Below are positions 49,001-61,078 of a stretch of DNA of 64,000 nucleotides, piece by piece. Each line of letters opens with the position of its first letter. Within the stretch, counting starts at the first letter, position 1. The stretch is from assembly GCA_030248215.1 (NCBI GenBank), contig JASANG010003984.1:372001-436000 (forward strand), in the 5' to 3' direction. Origin of the DNA: Enoplolaimus lenunculus. Lineage: Eukaryota. The position numbers and the translations under genes are program-made. The notes under the pieces were generated by a model. The model worked only from the letters and a program-made list of their open reading frames with translations, was not told the DNA's origin and made no database searches.

Positions 49001-52000
49001 AACTGAATTATATCGGAAATGGAACACGAAATTTATAAGAGATTTCAGAGCACATACTTTGAACAAATTGAGAACTTATGTATTTGTATGCGCCAGATCA
49101 AATATCTCTTTCAGACCATAAAATTAGTTGTTTTTGAAAATTTCAGAAAATGTAATGCTTCTAGTTTTTGAAGTATTTACAACTGCATATATCTTCGTTC
49201 CTTTTAAAGGGAACTTTTGTTAAATTTGCTTTCTCTTCGCAAGAAGTTTACTTATTTACTTGTATCGTATAATAGTTTAATTGAGAAGTACTGACATCCG
49301 CACCAGTGGTATATCCTTACACTGAGTTGGTATTTTGAATAACTATAGCAAGCCGAACAGTTTTTTATTTTTCAAAGCTGATAATTGAAGTGCTTTACAG
49401 TATATTGACAATTTTGGATTATGCTTTTTAATATTATAGGACTTTGAGGAAGCTCGAAACCTGCTGTCAGATATCAAAAACGTCACTGAAGACCAAAACA
49501 TATCCTTTCCGTTGATTTATCTCGGTTTTGGAAGACTGGAACACCGATTGAATCTGTAAGTACCTAAAACTTTACACAATTCAGCCTGAACTAGGTTTGG
49601 TTACGTACCTTGCCAACCTGAATAATAAGATTTAAGATTTGGGCAAAGTGAGACTCAGTTCTCATGTTGGTTTTTTAATTTCAGATTTGAAGACGCTTTA
49701 AATTATTTAAACGCAGCGAAACGCGTCTGTGATCGTGTACGGCGATTTAAACATCACTATTATCCTGGATCCGTGTTTTTACACTGCGACTCAATGCATG
49801 AAACGTATTCCGTAAGCGATAGATTATATTATGAAATTACTTAAATTTTTATTCCGAAATGTTTTAAAAGATTGCTAACTAAGCATTTTATTTCGTCTTT
49901 GTTCGTGGTAGTTCCATATTATTCTAAGCTGTCTATGTATTGTGATTCTCGCTAGTTAGCGATACATCTTGTAACTACTAGTGTACCATTCGCGACGGAC
50001 AGCAAGATGAATATTTGGGGCTTACAATGTGTATTGTGTGTGAGCATTTTTGCAGTACGCGATAATTGGAGTCGTGTTTGTAGCATATTGCCGAACCAAA
50101 TCAACTGAAAAGCTTCTGCACGATAGCAGAATTATGTAGTGACACGGTACAACACCGATCCCCGGCTCCCTGCTGGTTTCAGTGCTTAAAGTGCTATTTT
50201 ATTATGGTGTGAACTAAGTATCTCGTGATTTCAGTGTACAGTATTATTTTGTGCTGGTTTTGTTGGAAATTTTTTTATATCAACACCGTATGTTATTTTG
50301 TTTAGCAAGTCGTTGAGTATTTGATTGATCAATGTATGCATCCGGAAAGCTTTGATGTAGTCTGTCGTAACGCGGCATGTGAACGGTTTCATCGTACAAC
50401 TGGAATGTACGCTAGTGACCCAGATTTTCAGGTAAAAATATTTTATTTGGCTCAAAGTATGGGCGTAGCCAAGATTCTGGCTTTGGAAGTTCTCGTCAAT
50501 TACTTATTAAGCATATTGATTTTGTTTTAAGTTGTATCTCAGCCAGCGTTTAGACATTAACAGAAATAAAGTTTTTGTGGTCATTGGAGGTGGCAGTGCC
50601 CATAGCTATTCTCAGCTTTCTTCCCTGGCTACACTTTAGATCAGTATAAAATATAAATCTAAGCCTTGCCTTGGATGTAGCCTCACCGCGTGTATATTTA
50701 TTGTATAGGGAGAGATGAGGTAACTGTTCAGTCCAAATATTGTAGTCGAAAATGCGGGTAAGTTTCAATGCGGCACCGTTGTTATCGGTTTCAGGGATAC
50801 ATACGTTTGACGTGTGATGAAAATTGTAAAGTTGACTTTCATCCTGATTGTTGGAAAGATGTCATTTTGCCTGAGTATGATGTTCGAAATGAAAAGGTAA
50901 TGCAAGCAGTTTTTATTTTAAATGAGAACATAACAGATTTACACTTGGTACAAAACGTTGTCGTTACAGTCTTTTAAGAGTTAAGCTCCTTTAATCTGAA
51001 GGCAACCAATGCATTTTATTAAGCGGTTACTTAATTGAGTGGCCCATGGTAGCTATAAGAACCTGACCACTAAGTCTAAACGTATGCTTAATACTAAGGT
51101 TAAATCTGAACATAGGCCTAAGCCCAAGTCTGTGCCAGTCTATAAATTCTCCAGGCTCTCGGCTTGCACGCCTCCAATTAACATGAGCTCATAGAGTTAT
51201 CGTAAGTTATGCAGTGTTTTCTATTCAATTTTAGGATGTTATCGGTATGTCGTGCTTTACACCAGACTGCGTTGGCGTCGTAGAAAAATTGTCGGCGTTC
51301 AAGAGCGATATGGAACTTAAACACGAGGTGAGACAAGTTCCGTTTGGGATATATTATCCGCATCTTTTGCATAATTAATTAAGCTTAGAAAAGGTCTTTT
51401 TACGTTATTAGCACTTAGTGGTTTGGCACGGTTGTTTTTTCTGCAGCTGTGTGGATGTTTTTATTTGTAGTTAAAGTACGTTTTATTAACATGGTGGATA
51501 GATGCTGTGATCGTATAAAAACAAAGGCGATGACAACACATATTGAGACTGTATAACGTATATTGAATGTAGTTTAATAATTTTAATCACGAAATGTTTT
51601 AGATTTCAAGCAAACAAGAGCAAGACAAAAAGTACGTTTTTACTAGGGCGATTCGTAGCAAGTATTAGCCACTGAATGTTGCCGAATAATTCTCAGAAAA
51701 AAATTGGTGTATTAATGTGGTAGATATAACACTTCAGCGAAGAGGCCTGAATAGCCAAAACCCCGAAGCCAATAAGTTTCTGTGTTCATCATTCACCGCC
51801 CAAAAAGTTACCTGATGAACTTATGATATTGTTGAAGTTTTAGTATTTTTACTATTCTATGGTGTCGTAATTTACAGAATTTAATCTTACTAACTGGGTT
51901 CCGAAGGAATCCGATTCAGGCTCAAATTCCGATAAAATTTGGATTCCGATTCCGACTGGTTACTATTCCGATGCCGGAATTCCGATTTTTCTGTCATGAG

Positions 52001-55000
52001 TTTTTATGCCGATTGAATTTTGATTTTGTCTGTATTTTAGTTTGTTTGCAAATCTGTGTTTTATTAGTAAGTATTCTCAGTTGTTTCTTGAACAGCATCT
52101 AGCAGAGCGAATTATTCCGATATATTACCAAATGTGACTGCAATTGAAAACTTCAAGTTTTATGTTCAAACGAATAACAAAATCTAACCTTAAAGTTCTA
52201 TTTCATACCAGCAGGAAAAGATGTTAGCATCACAAATTGTCAAATATACGTCGATATTCAGTTCTACAGTATCCTTACTGCTATGGCAACGGCACTCCAT
52301 AGAATTGCTTAATTTTCAAACATTCTAGGTACTGTTATTTACGGTTTCATAAGACTTCGTGTTTAAAGCTTTAAAATATATAAATGCTTAACTGCAATTA
52401 AAATTAAGGCCACGCTGATCCAGTGCTCTGAGAATTGGCAAGCCTCTATTAATATTATAACAAGCAGTTTTACTGACATCTGTGAACAATACAGTGAGGC
52501 ATACTGCTACAAAAGTCAAAATCCCACACGCTTTACTTTTTAATAAAATTACTGAAACTTTAATAATTCCGATTCCGCTTACGACAAAATGTACCTCCGA
52601 TTGGAACCCTGTATTGAAATTTTAGTTCGAAAACTAATGCGCGGCGCAAGAAACGACAACGTAATAAACAAAAACGCGAACAACAACAACTACTACAAGC
52701 AGGTGCAACAGACACAAACAGCAAGACCAACAACAATAATTCTGATGCATTCTACGTAAAAAAGAAAACGAAAAAAAGCCGAGATAAAAGCCGATCGTCA
52801 GAATGCAACGTAGAATTACAATATGATGATGCAACAGAAGCTGAGAATGACAACGGGTTGGAATTATTGATGGAGCAGTCCGGGCAGAATGTGAAAGTGT
52901 TTGACACTGCCAGATGGAGCGCGGTGGCTAGCAATGACGGTGAACGTAAGTCGAGGTTGGAGATGCAATCTTCAAAATTGAAAAGTGCAACATTCAAATA
53001 TTAAAATGAATATTTTCCGGGAAAATAGGGTTTGAATCAGGGCAACTATCGTTATTTACACGATATTGTTTGTGTAGACCTGGTATGCAATTATAAAATT
53101 TTAATAATTGGATAATGTAATGGTGTTGATTATTTGTGCACTAAAGGGTTATAGGTTTGATCATGATTAGTTCGGTTTAATAGACAATGTTAGTACTTCT
53201 GTCGGTCAAACAAATGAGGATGTTTCGTTTTTATATGCAACAACACAACTGTTTTGTAACTGTGCGAGATCTGATTCAGTCTAGCTAAAAACATGTTCAA
53301 GTTTCAAATCAACCTGTACGGTATCTTCTGTTGGGGTTTTTTATGTTTGATCCTGGGCGATTCCTTCTGAGCGGGAGCCGCTTCCATTCGCATCCGATAT
53401 TCATACCACGTTCTGTTGTCTGGTATAACCTTGAACGTAAAGCTTCATTTGACAAGTGGACATATTTTTTATTTTGCTGCGATGACCTTTTCGGGCAAGT
53501 AAAACTATTAACATTGCACTCACTGAAATAATACGAAAAATCCAAGCAAACGATATTAAGATTCATTCAGTAAACATATACTTCTTTTGCGACTCAATTA
53601 CTTCAGCTTTATGTACATGCTATATCCGGTTAACATCCGGTTCCGGTGAAAAATGAATATCCGGTTTCGGTAAAAAAATGAATCCGGTTCCGGTATCCGC
53701 TAAATTAATATCCTGTTTTACATGCTGTTTGCAGGTCTGTAACTCGAGTGAGCACCAGTTTTGATTAATAATGACATTATTTGAATTTGATTATTTTTTC
53801 AAATTGTTTTTGTAGACAGTACAGAACCATGCGGATCTGTGGACAATGAGTCGCGAAGAGATGTACCAGAAATTCCGTTGGATAAAAGTACGATAGATTT
53901 ATTCTCAGCTGCAAAATATCATTTTTGAAAATATTCATCAGTTATGATAATATGTAAGATTGCGCTCAGGTAACAACAAACTGTGTACAGTGTGTTCGTT
54001 TAAGTTATTGCGCAGGGTGGAACAGCATGTTCGAATACGGTATTCTACATGGCCGAATATTAATTGCTGGAAGGGTTGATATATTTCTATATTAAAATGT
54101 TATTTATACCCAAAATCACAATATTTCGCTGTGACTTTTGTTCGCAACGGCAGAAATAAGTACAGCATGAAACACATTGTGTATTATTTTTAATACTTTT
54201 GTTGAAACTAATCCGGATCTGGTATTACTGGGTGTCCGGTGGCATCATGGTTGCTGCTTAAGTAAATTGCACCTGTAAAAAGAATTTGATTAATTGCTGC
54301 AAACACTCGGTTCACAAGGTTTAGTACTTAATGAACTGTCTGATTATAATTTTATTGTTTTTTCGGGGCTGCAAAGGAGAATGAAAAATATAAAAATATT
54401 ATCTTAAGCTGACTCTGGGGTCAGGTCCCCAAAATGAGTAGAGGAAGGGTGCGGTACGGTACTACCGAAGCTAAATATGATCAGCTTAATGTTGCAGACT
54501 TATTAAATGGTTTGTATTACGTTGTAGCCATTTTGTATCGGAAGGGATCGGTTGACGAGGCCAAGGAAACATCAAGAACACAGCAAGCAACAACTACAGC
54601 TGCTGCAAAAAAGAAACAAAAAAAGAAACAAAAACAACAAAATAAGTTTACGCTTGACGAGATTTTGGGTGAAGATATGCCTCGAATTTCAGAGTAAGAG
54701 GCTATAATTTTTGATAATTTTGGCTGATGATATGCTTCGAATTTCAGATATGTTAGCAGTTATACCATTAGATTGTTTTGCCAGTTTTTCGAGAAATTTT
54801 GAATAGATTTGCAATAAAATTAAATGCCTGATGCTTCTGGAAATTTTATGTATAAGCAGGAAGCGACCGGATATACGGTTTCGGTTTAGTCTCTGGTAAC
54901 AGTCGATTTCAACTACCTTGTTCCGGATATTTGTGGTATATTGGTTCGAAATATCATTTACTAACCGGTTTCAGTATCTATTAAATTAATATCCGGTCGT

Positions 55001-58000
55001 TTCCAGGTATTAGGTAACGAGCTTTGTTGTCTTAGGAAACGGAATTAGTAGAGTTTGGAAGTTTATGGCCTTGTTCGATAAGTTGGAGGTAATAGACTGC
55101 AACCCTAACGTTTTATCACCGTATTTTCAGTTAGAACCATTAGATAAAGTCGGTTGTAGCCATCTTGCATATCCACTTATCACGCCGTAAGGCATTCATT
55201 CTTACAATCAAAGCTATTCTAACAAATTTTATTATCAAGTAAACTCAATTTAGCAAAACCTGCGCTACATTATTTTCTAACAACATACCTCGTTGTCGTC
55301 ATTTCAGAGCGCCCGGAACGAGATCAACGTTTGCTGGTGACGGGTCTGAAACTTGGCCGTTGAAGCCAATTGCGAATCCAGCACTTGAAGAGTTTTTTCA
55401 GTTAGTATTTTTGCGCAGGGTGCAAACGGATTTTCGTCTCTGGCCGAAGTCGACTTCCACCTCCGCTTTTCTACATTGCCATAATATTTATCGCTGAAAA
55501 CAATAATATAAGTCTATTATTATAAACTATTTTGTGTCACAAAAGTCACGATATTTAGCAGAGATTTTTTTACTTTGAATGGCAAAAATAAGTATGCCAA
55601 ATCCGGGTGCAATACTTTTGGTATCAGCATGCATCCTGATGTTTTGTTTACATGGGTGGCTTAATTTGTTGGCATTGGGCAGTGTGGAAATACGAATTCT
55701 TTCCCTTTTTAATAGATGTTCATTTTGGAATAGATAATTTTAAGTTATTTGGCTTTATCGCCAGTTAGCGATAGGTTTTGTAACTTTGGAACGAGCAGTT
55801 CACGGTGTTTTAGTAATCTTATATTTTATTTTTTTGCAGAGCTTTGCAAAATCGCTTAAATGTTTGTAAGTTTATGGAACTTACAGACCCTTTTATTCTA
55901 CAAGCGTTGCAAACAAACATGGAATTATCAGAGATGTGTGACCTGAAGGGTGATATCAAGAATGTGCTTACGTCGTTTAGGACTCCGTTTTTAGTGGAAG
56001 ATAATTATGTTTGTATGATTATGGTAAGTAGTAAGCATTATTATAAGAAAGGGTCATTAAATATACCCTTAGGTTAAATTGTCATATTTTATGCCATCTG
56101 TGCAAAGTTTCGTTAGGCGTTAGCTTGTCGTTGGTTTGATAGATTGTCGCAGATGTTTTCGCATTTTTTCAAATCTGCCGCTGAAAAATATTTTATACTT
56201 AATATCAGGGTTCTTATCGGAAGTGCATTTTGTCGGAATCGGAAATGGAATTTATGTTTTAGTAATTCTGTTAAAAAGTAAAGTGTATGATTTTTGACTT
56301 TTGTTGTAGTATGTCTGTTCGTCTTGGGCACAAAAATTGCTTGTGTAGCTGACTGTATTAGCGATGTACTAACGCTGCAAAAAACAAATTTTAATGGAGG
56401 CCTGCCAATTCTAAAAGCAGTGCACCAATTCTCAGAGAATTGGATCAGCTTGGCCTTCATTTTAAATGTAGTTAAACATTTTTAGCATTTCAAAACCTTA
56501 AATATGACGTCTTATGGAACCATAAATAACAGAACTCAGATTTTTGAAAATTAACGAATTCTAAGATGTGCCGTTGTCATTGCAACAAGGATACTGTTGA
56601 ACCAAATATCGAGTTACATATTTGTAAATTTGTAGAGCTAACGTCACTGCTTGCCGCTATGAAATAAATTTTTAAGATTTCCATATGCGTTAAAAGATAA
56701 AACTTAATGTTTTCAATTGAAATCACATTTTGACATTCAGCGGAATAATTTGCACTGCAAGATGCTCTTCAATTAACTTTCCAAACGAATGAAGCAACAC
56801 GCAAATTAATCTAAGTTCAATCACCTTAAAACTCATAACCAAAAAATTAGAATTCCGGCATCATAATAGCAGCCAGTCGTAATCGGAATCTGAAGCCAAT
56901 TTTATCAGCATTTTAGCCGGAATTGGAATTTAATATTTATTGCTTATAGCTAGCTGTAGTTTGTAATAACTTGCAGTTTCCCAGTCCTTGAAAACAATTA
57001 CAGTTTCCCAGTCCTTGAAAACAAATTTGCAGATCTATTTTACTTTTGGGTTTACGCGTTTTTATACTTTTAGACGTATCCTGACTTGAAAAATTTTCTC
57101 CTCCAGAGCGAATGTCAAAGTAGCGGATTTGTGACTAGGGTTCCAGTGGAGCCAATGCCGTTTGCTCATTACTATTCGTCTGCGAGCTCCGAAGATCGTC
57201 TTCAGCCAAAGTTTCGGGGTCGAACTACCTGTTCTCCGCAAAGAGACTCAAGTAGCGAAAATCCTGTGCGTATCGAAATGCCGAGACCGGTGTTGGCGGT
57301 ACATAACAGCCGAACGAGAAATCCAGAAACACTTTGGATACTAAAAACGAAGCGAACTCTAACGGCTAGTGAAGTAAGTCAGTGTTTAAGTTTCTGAAGA
57401 ATACTCATATCTAACTTGCCAAAAAATTTAAATTGGGTTTTAATTTTTTAGACTTTATTATACTACTTAATAAAAGTCCCAATTTAGGCCTATTATTTAC
57501 GCTAATATGCAAATTAGCTGTTAGCTAACTATTGAATTATCGGTTTTGGAGGTTTTTAACGATTTATTGAGATTTCTCGCACGGAAAACCTTTTAGTACT
57601 GAATTTGATTGCTTGTAACCCTAACAACCAGTGTAATAATTTAAAAAGTTTTAATTTAAGTTTAACTAATTAACCCTTTCTCACATGAATATTATCTATT
57701 TCTCCTGAGACCTACTTTTATGCTAGGATTCGAACTCCGGTGACTGGAGTGGGAGGGGTATACCATCACCACTCAGCTATAGGAGCTTGACGCTCGAGCC
57801 CGACGGGGGCTCTCACGTCTTGTGGTGATTTAGTACTATGTATACGTGTTGCAATCATTAAACACGGTGCGATATACATTAACGTATATACACTGCGCTT
57901 AGTTGCCTATAGGCAATTCAATGTGAGAAGGGGTTAAGCTAATAGGCAAATTAGCTATTATCTAGGTCATCACATCGATTTTGGATTTTTATAAACAATT

Positions 58001-61000
58001 TTTTCAGATTTCTCGTACCCAAAAATCCTTTGCAACCGTAATGAATAGTAAAATACAGTAAAAAAACTCTAATTTACGCTTAACCAGTTATGCAAATTAG
58101 CCTGCATATAGCTAATAAGCGGCTTAAAATTTTCAAACCCCAATGCGAGACTAACACCTCAGGATAATAAGCTTTGGAACAAAAAAGTTTATGAAAATTG
58201 GTTCAGCGGTTCCTGAGATTCCTTTCGGAAGGACAGATGGATCGGCGGACGGACATCCACTTTTCGACCCCGAGTACAAAACATAAAACGTTTCGCAAAA
58301 CTCCGAGCTTCGCTTCGCTTAGCAACACTCTTTTCGAGGTACCCTGTACCTAGTTCAACAATATTTATTTATCTGGTTCTCGTAGACTCTGTGGCTGCTA
58401 TATATACAGCTAATATCGCTGAATTTCATAATCGATATATTTGCAAGTAATAATTTTTGAGCAAGCGACTAAGATATATAATAAGAACAATGCCTTGTAA
58501 CGCCATATTTTAAATGCTACCTCTAAGGGTGATTCATCGATACTAGTTTAAATGTTGGCAATATAAATGTGTGTGAGTTCAGTACTGAGTTGGTGTCGTA
58601 GTCTTGATTTGAGGAAATTTATTGCAATGTTCGCCTCGTACTCAATCAGCTTACGCCGACTAACTTTTCACAGCTGGTAGACGAATTTTGGAAGTATATC
58701 GATGATAGTGACGGTGAAAATCCAGAGCTTCAAATCGTGGCTATTGCAGAAATGGTGTTTGAACGTGCTGTCAATGAGCCGCTGTACTGTATGATTTATG
58801 TTCAATTGTGTAATGAAATTTCACAGGTAATCTAATAAATAGAAATCCTGAACAAGTCAATTTCCGGTTTTAATGCTAATTTGCGAAAGCATCACTTAAA
58901 TATTTTACTATACTCGATTGATATTTAAAAGTAGAAAAAATTGTCAACGTGCAGCGTTTTAATATTGTAGCCAAAAGCACTAGTAATAAGGCTGGTATTA
59001 GTAAAAAGCGTTGAAGTATTTGCAACGCGAACTTGTTTTTGTTTTTAGAAACCACTCATTTGAATATCTTTATTTATATAGTAGGTAATGCAGTGTGACT
59101 TGAATGTAAAACTTTGGTCGAACCTTGCTCAAATTACGCATGTTCGGTATTTTAGCTTTAATTATATAGATTTGAATGAAGTTTTAAGACATTGATTATT
59201 TTTAGTTTTTGTTTTTTTTTATTTTAGCGTCAGATGAGATTAAATAAGTTGGCGTCATCGAGTTTTCGAAGTGCGTTGTTGAATAAATGTCAACGCGAAA
59301 TGGAAGATATAGTGGATAATTATTTAAGCTGTGATGATGTCTTGAAGGTTAGTTTCGAACGAAACACGTGTTCAAAATGTGTCTGTCTAATACCAGCTTT
59401 AGTTATGAATTTATTTAGCTGATTCAGACAAATCTCCAAAATTTCTATTTATTCGTTGTTTTAAGTAAATTAGGTTGAAGTTTACTTACAGATTTTTTAA
59501 ATATTTAATTAAGCCAAGATGATAATTTTTTCGCAATGGTTTGTATCTGGGTATGTTTTGAGTAATGCAATACTGCATGTTGGTTATTCCTCACGGAAAA
59601 CAATTGCCAAGAAAAGGGAAACACGCGAAGTGACAGATTTTCGCGCTGGTTTGCGGTTAGAGCTCTTAACTAAAACAATTAAGTGATAGAGAAATTTTCA
59701 TGTGTATGACCGAATTTCTCTTTGTGTTTTAGACAGACGTAAATGGAGTCAACAAAAAGTTGGAAAATACAGCCGACCAGTTTTTTAAAATTAAGCATCG
59801 CTGCGTGGGACTCGTTACGTAAGCTTCGAGAATATATTTAACAGGGTAGCAACAAAATTCGGCTACGGCTTTAGATTCGGCAAAAAATTGAAGTTTCGGA
59901 TATTCGGTTTTGAGAAAACACAATCTAAAAATCTTTCAGGGCTTGTGGTTGTGGATGTCAATCTGAATTCGAGTTTACATGTTTCTATTAATTGCGTAAA
60001 ATACGGTTTGCTTGGTCCGATTGTCAAGTGGCTAAAATAAATTTTATTTTGTTTAAAATTTTTATCGATACTAAGTGGGTTTCGAAGTCAAGGTTCCGTT
60101 TCGAACGCTAATTCAGCAAAATGTAAATGTGGTCGGATTCGAAACCGTTCATATTGTGGGTTCGGTGCGACCCTGGGCTGTTTAGCGTGAAAACTATGAG
60201 TTTGTAGCAAACGCTAAACTTAATTTGGGTTGGAAAACAAATTAATAGAAACTTCACTAACTTTATGTTTTAGTTAGTTTTTGAGTGACATTTCAATGAA
60301 ATCTACTATAATTGTATCAAAATCATGGACATATTATTAATTAATTTTTTATGTTTTCTCGAATATTAAAAACATTCTTTATATGTAATACCTTATAAAC
60401 ATTTGTGCCCGTGCCTTCTAAAGCCATATTTTAAATTGTATCTAACGGTAATTCATCGGAACTTGTTTAAATGTTAGAACCAGCAATGTGTGATTTCAGT
60501 AAACAGTGTAATGCATAGCGCTCCCGTACACCTTCCCCCCGCCAAATGGGGGCTGACATCCGAGGGATTCCTTATATTGTAAAAAGTATTTTCTGCATTA
60601 AACTGCAAAATTTTTGTCTCGCTTCTAGTCCGCTTCGCTCGCGAAATTCCTTCACTATTTTTTTTAACTTTTCATTCAAAATTGCTCAAATGTATTATAT
60701 TGTTTTATTACCTATTCCTCAAACGGGCGAAATCGGTAAGTAAATTATACAGCACTTAAAAAGATTTCGGGGACTTCTTAAGTTGACCTTGGGAGTCTCA
60801 CACCCTAAGAACGGCACTGGTCAATTTGTACTTCCATCCGCGAACGACGTCAACGTATTTGCGGCAAGGATCATAAAAATCTTCTATGCGAACAACGTAT
60901 GAAACTAAATATGTACAATCTTGCATTTAGAACTATGAAAATTTAGTATTAATCAGCATGCGTACGAGTATAAAATCAGCTGTAACAGTGCCCAAAATAC

Positions 61001-61032
61001 GTATGTGGGGCGTTCTAGTTCTAATAAGTTAT

Positions 61033-61078
<46 letters not shown>

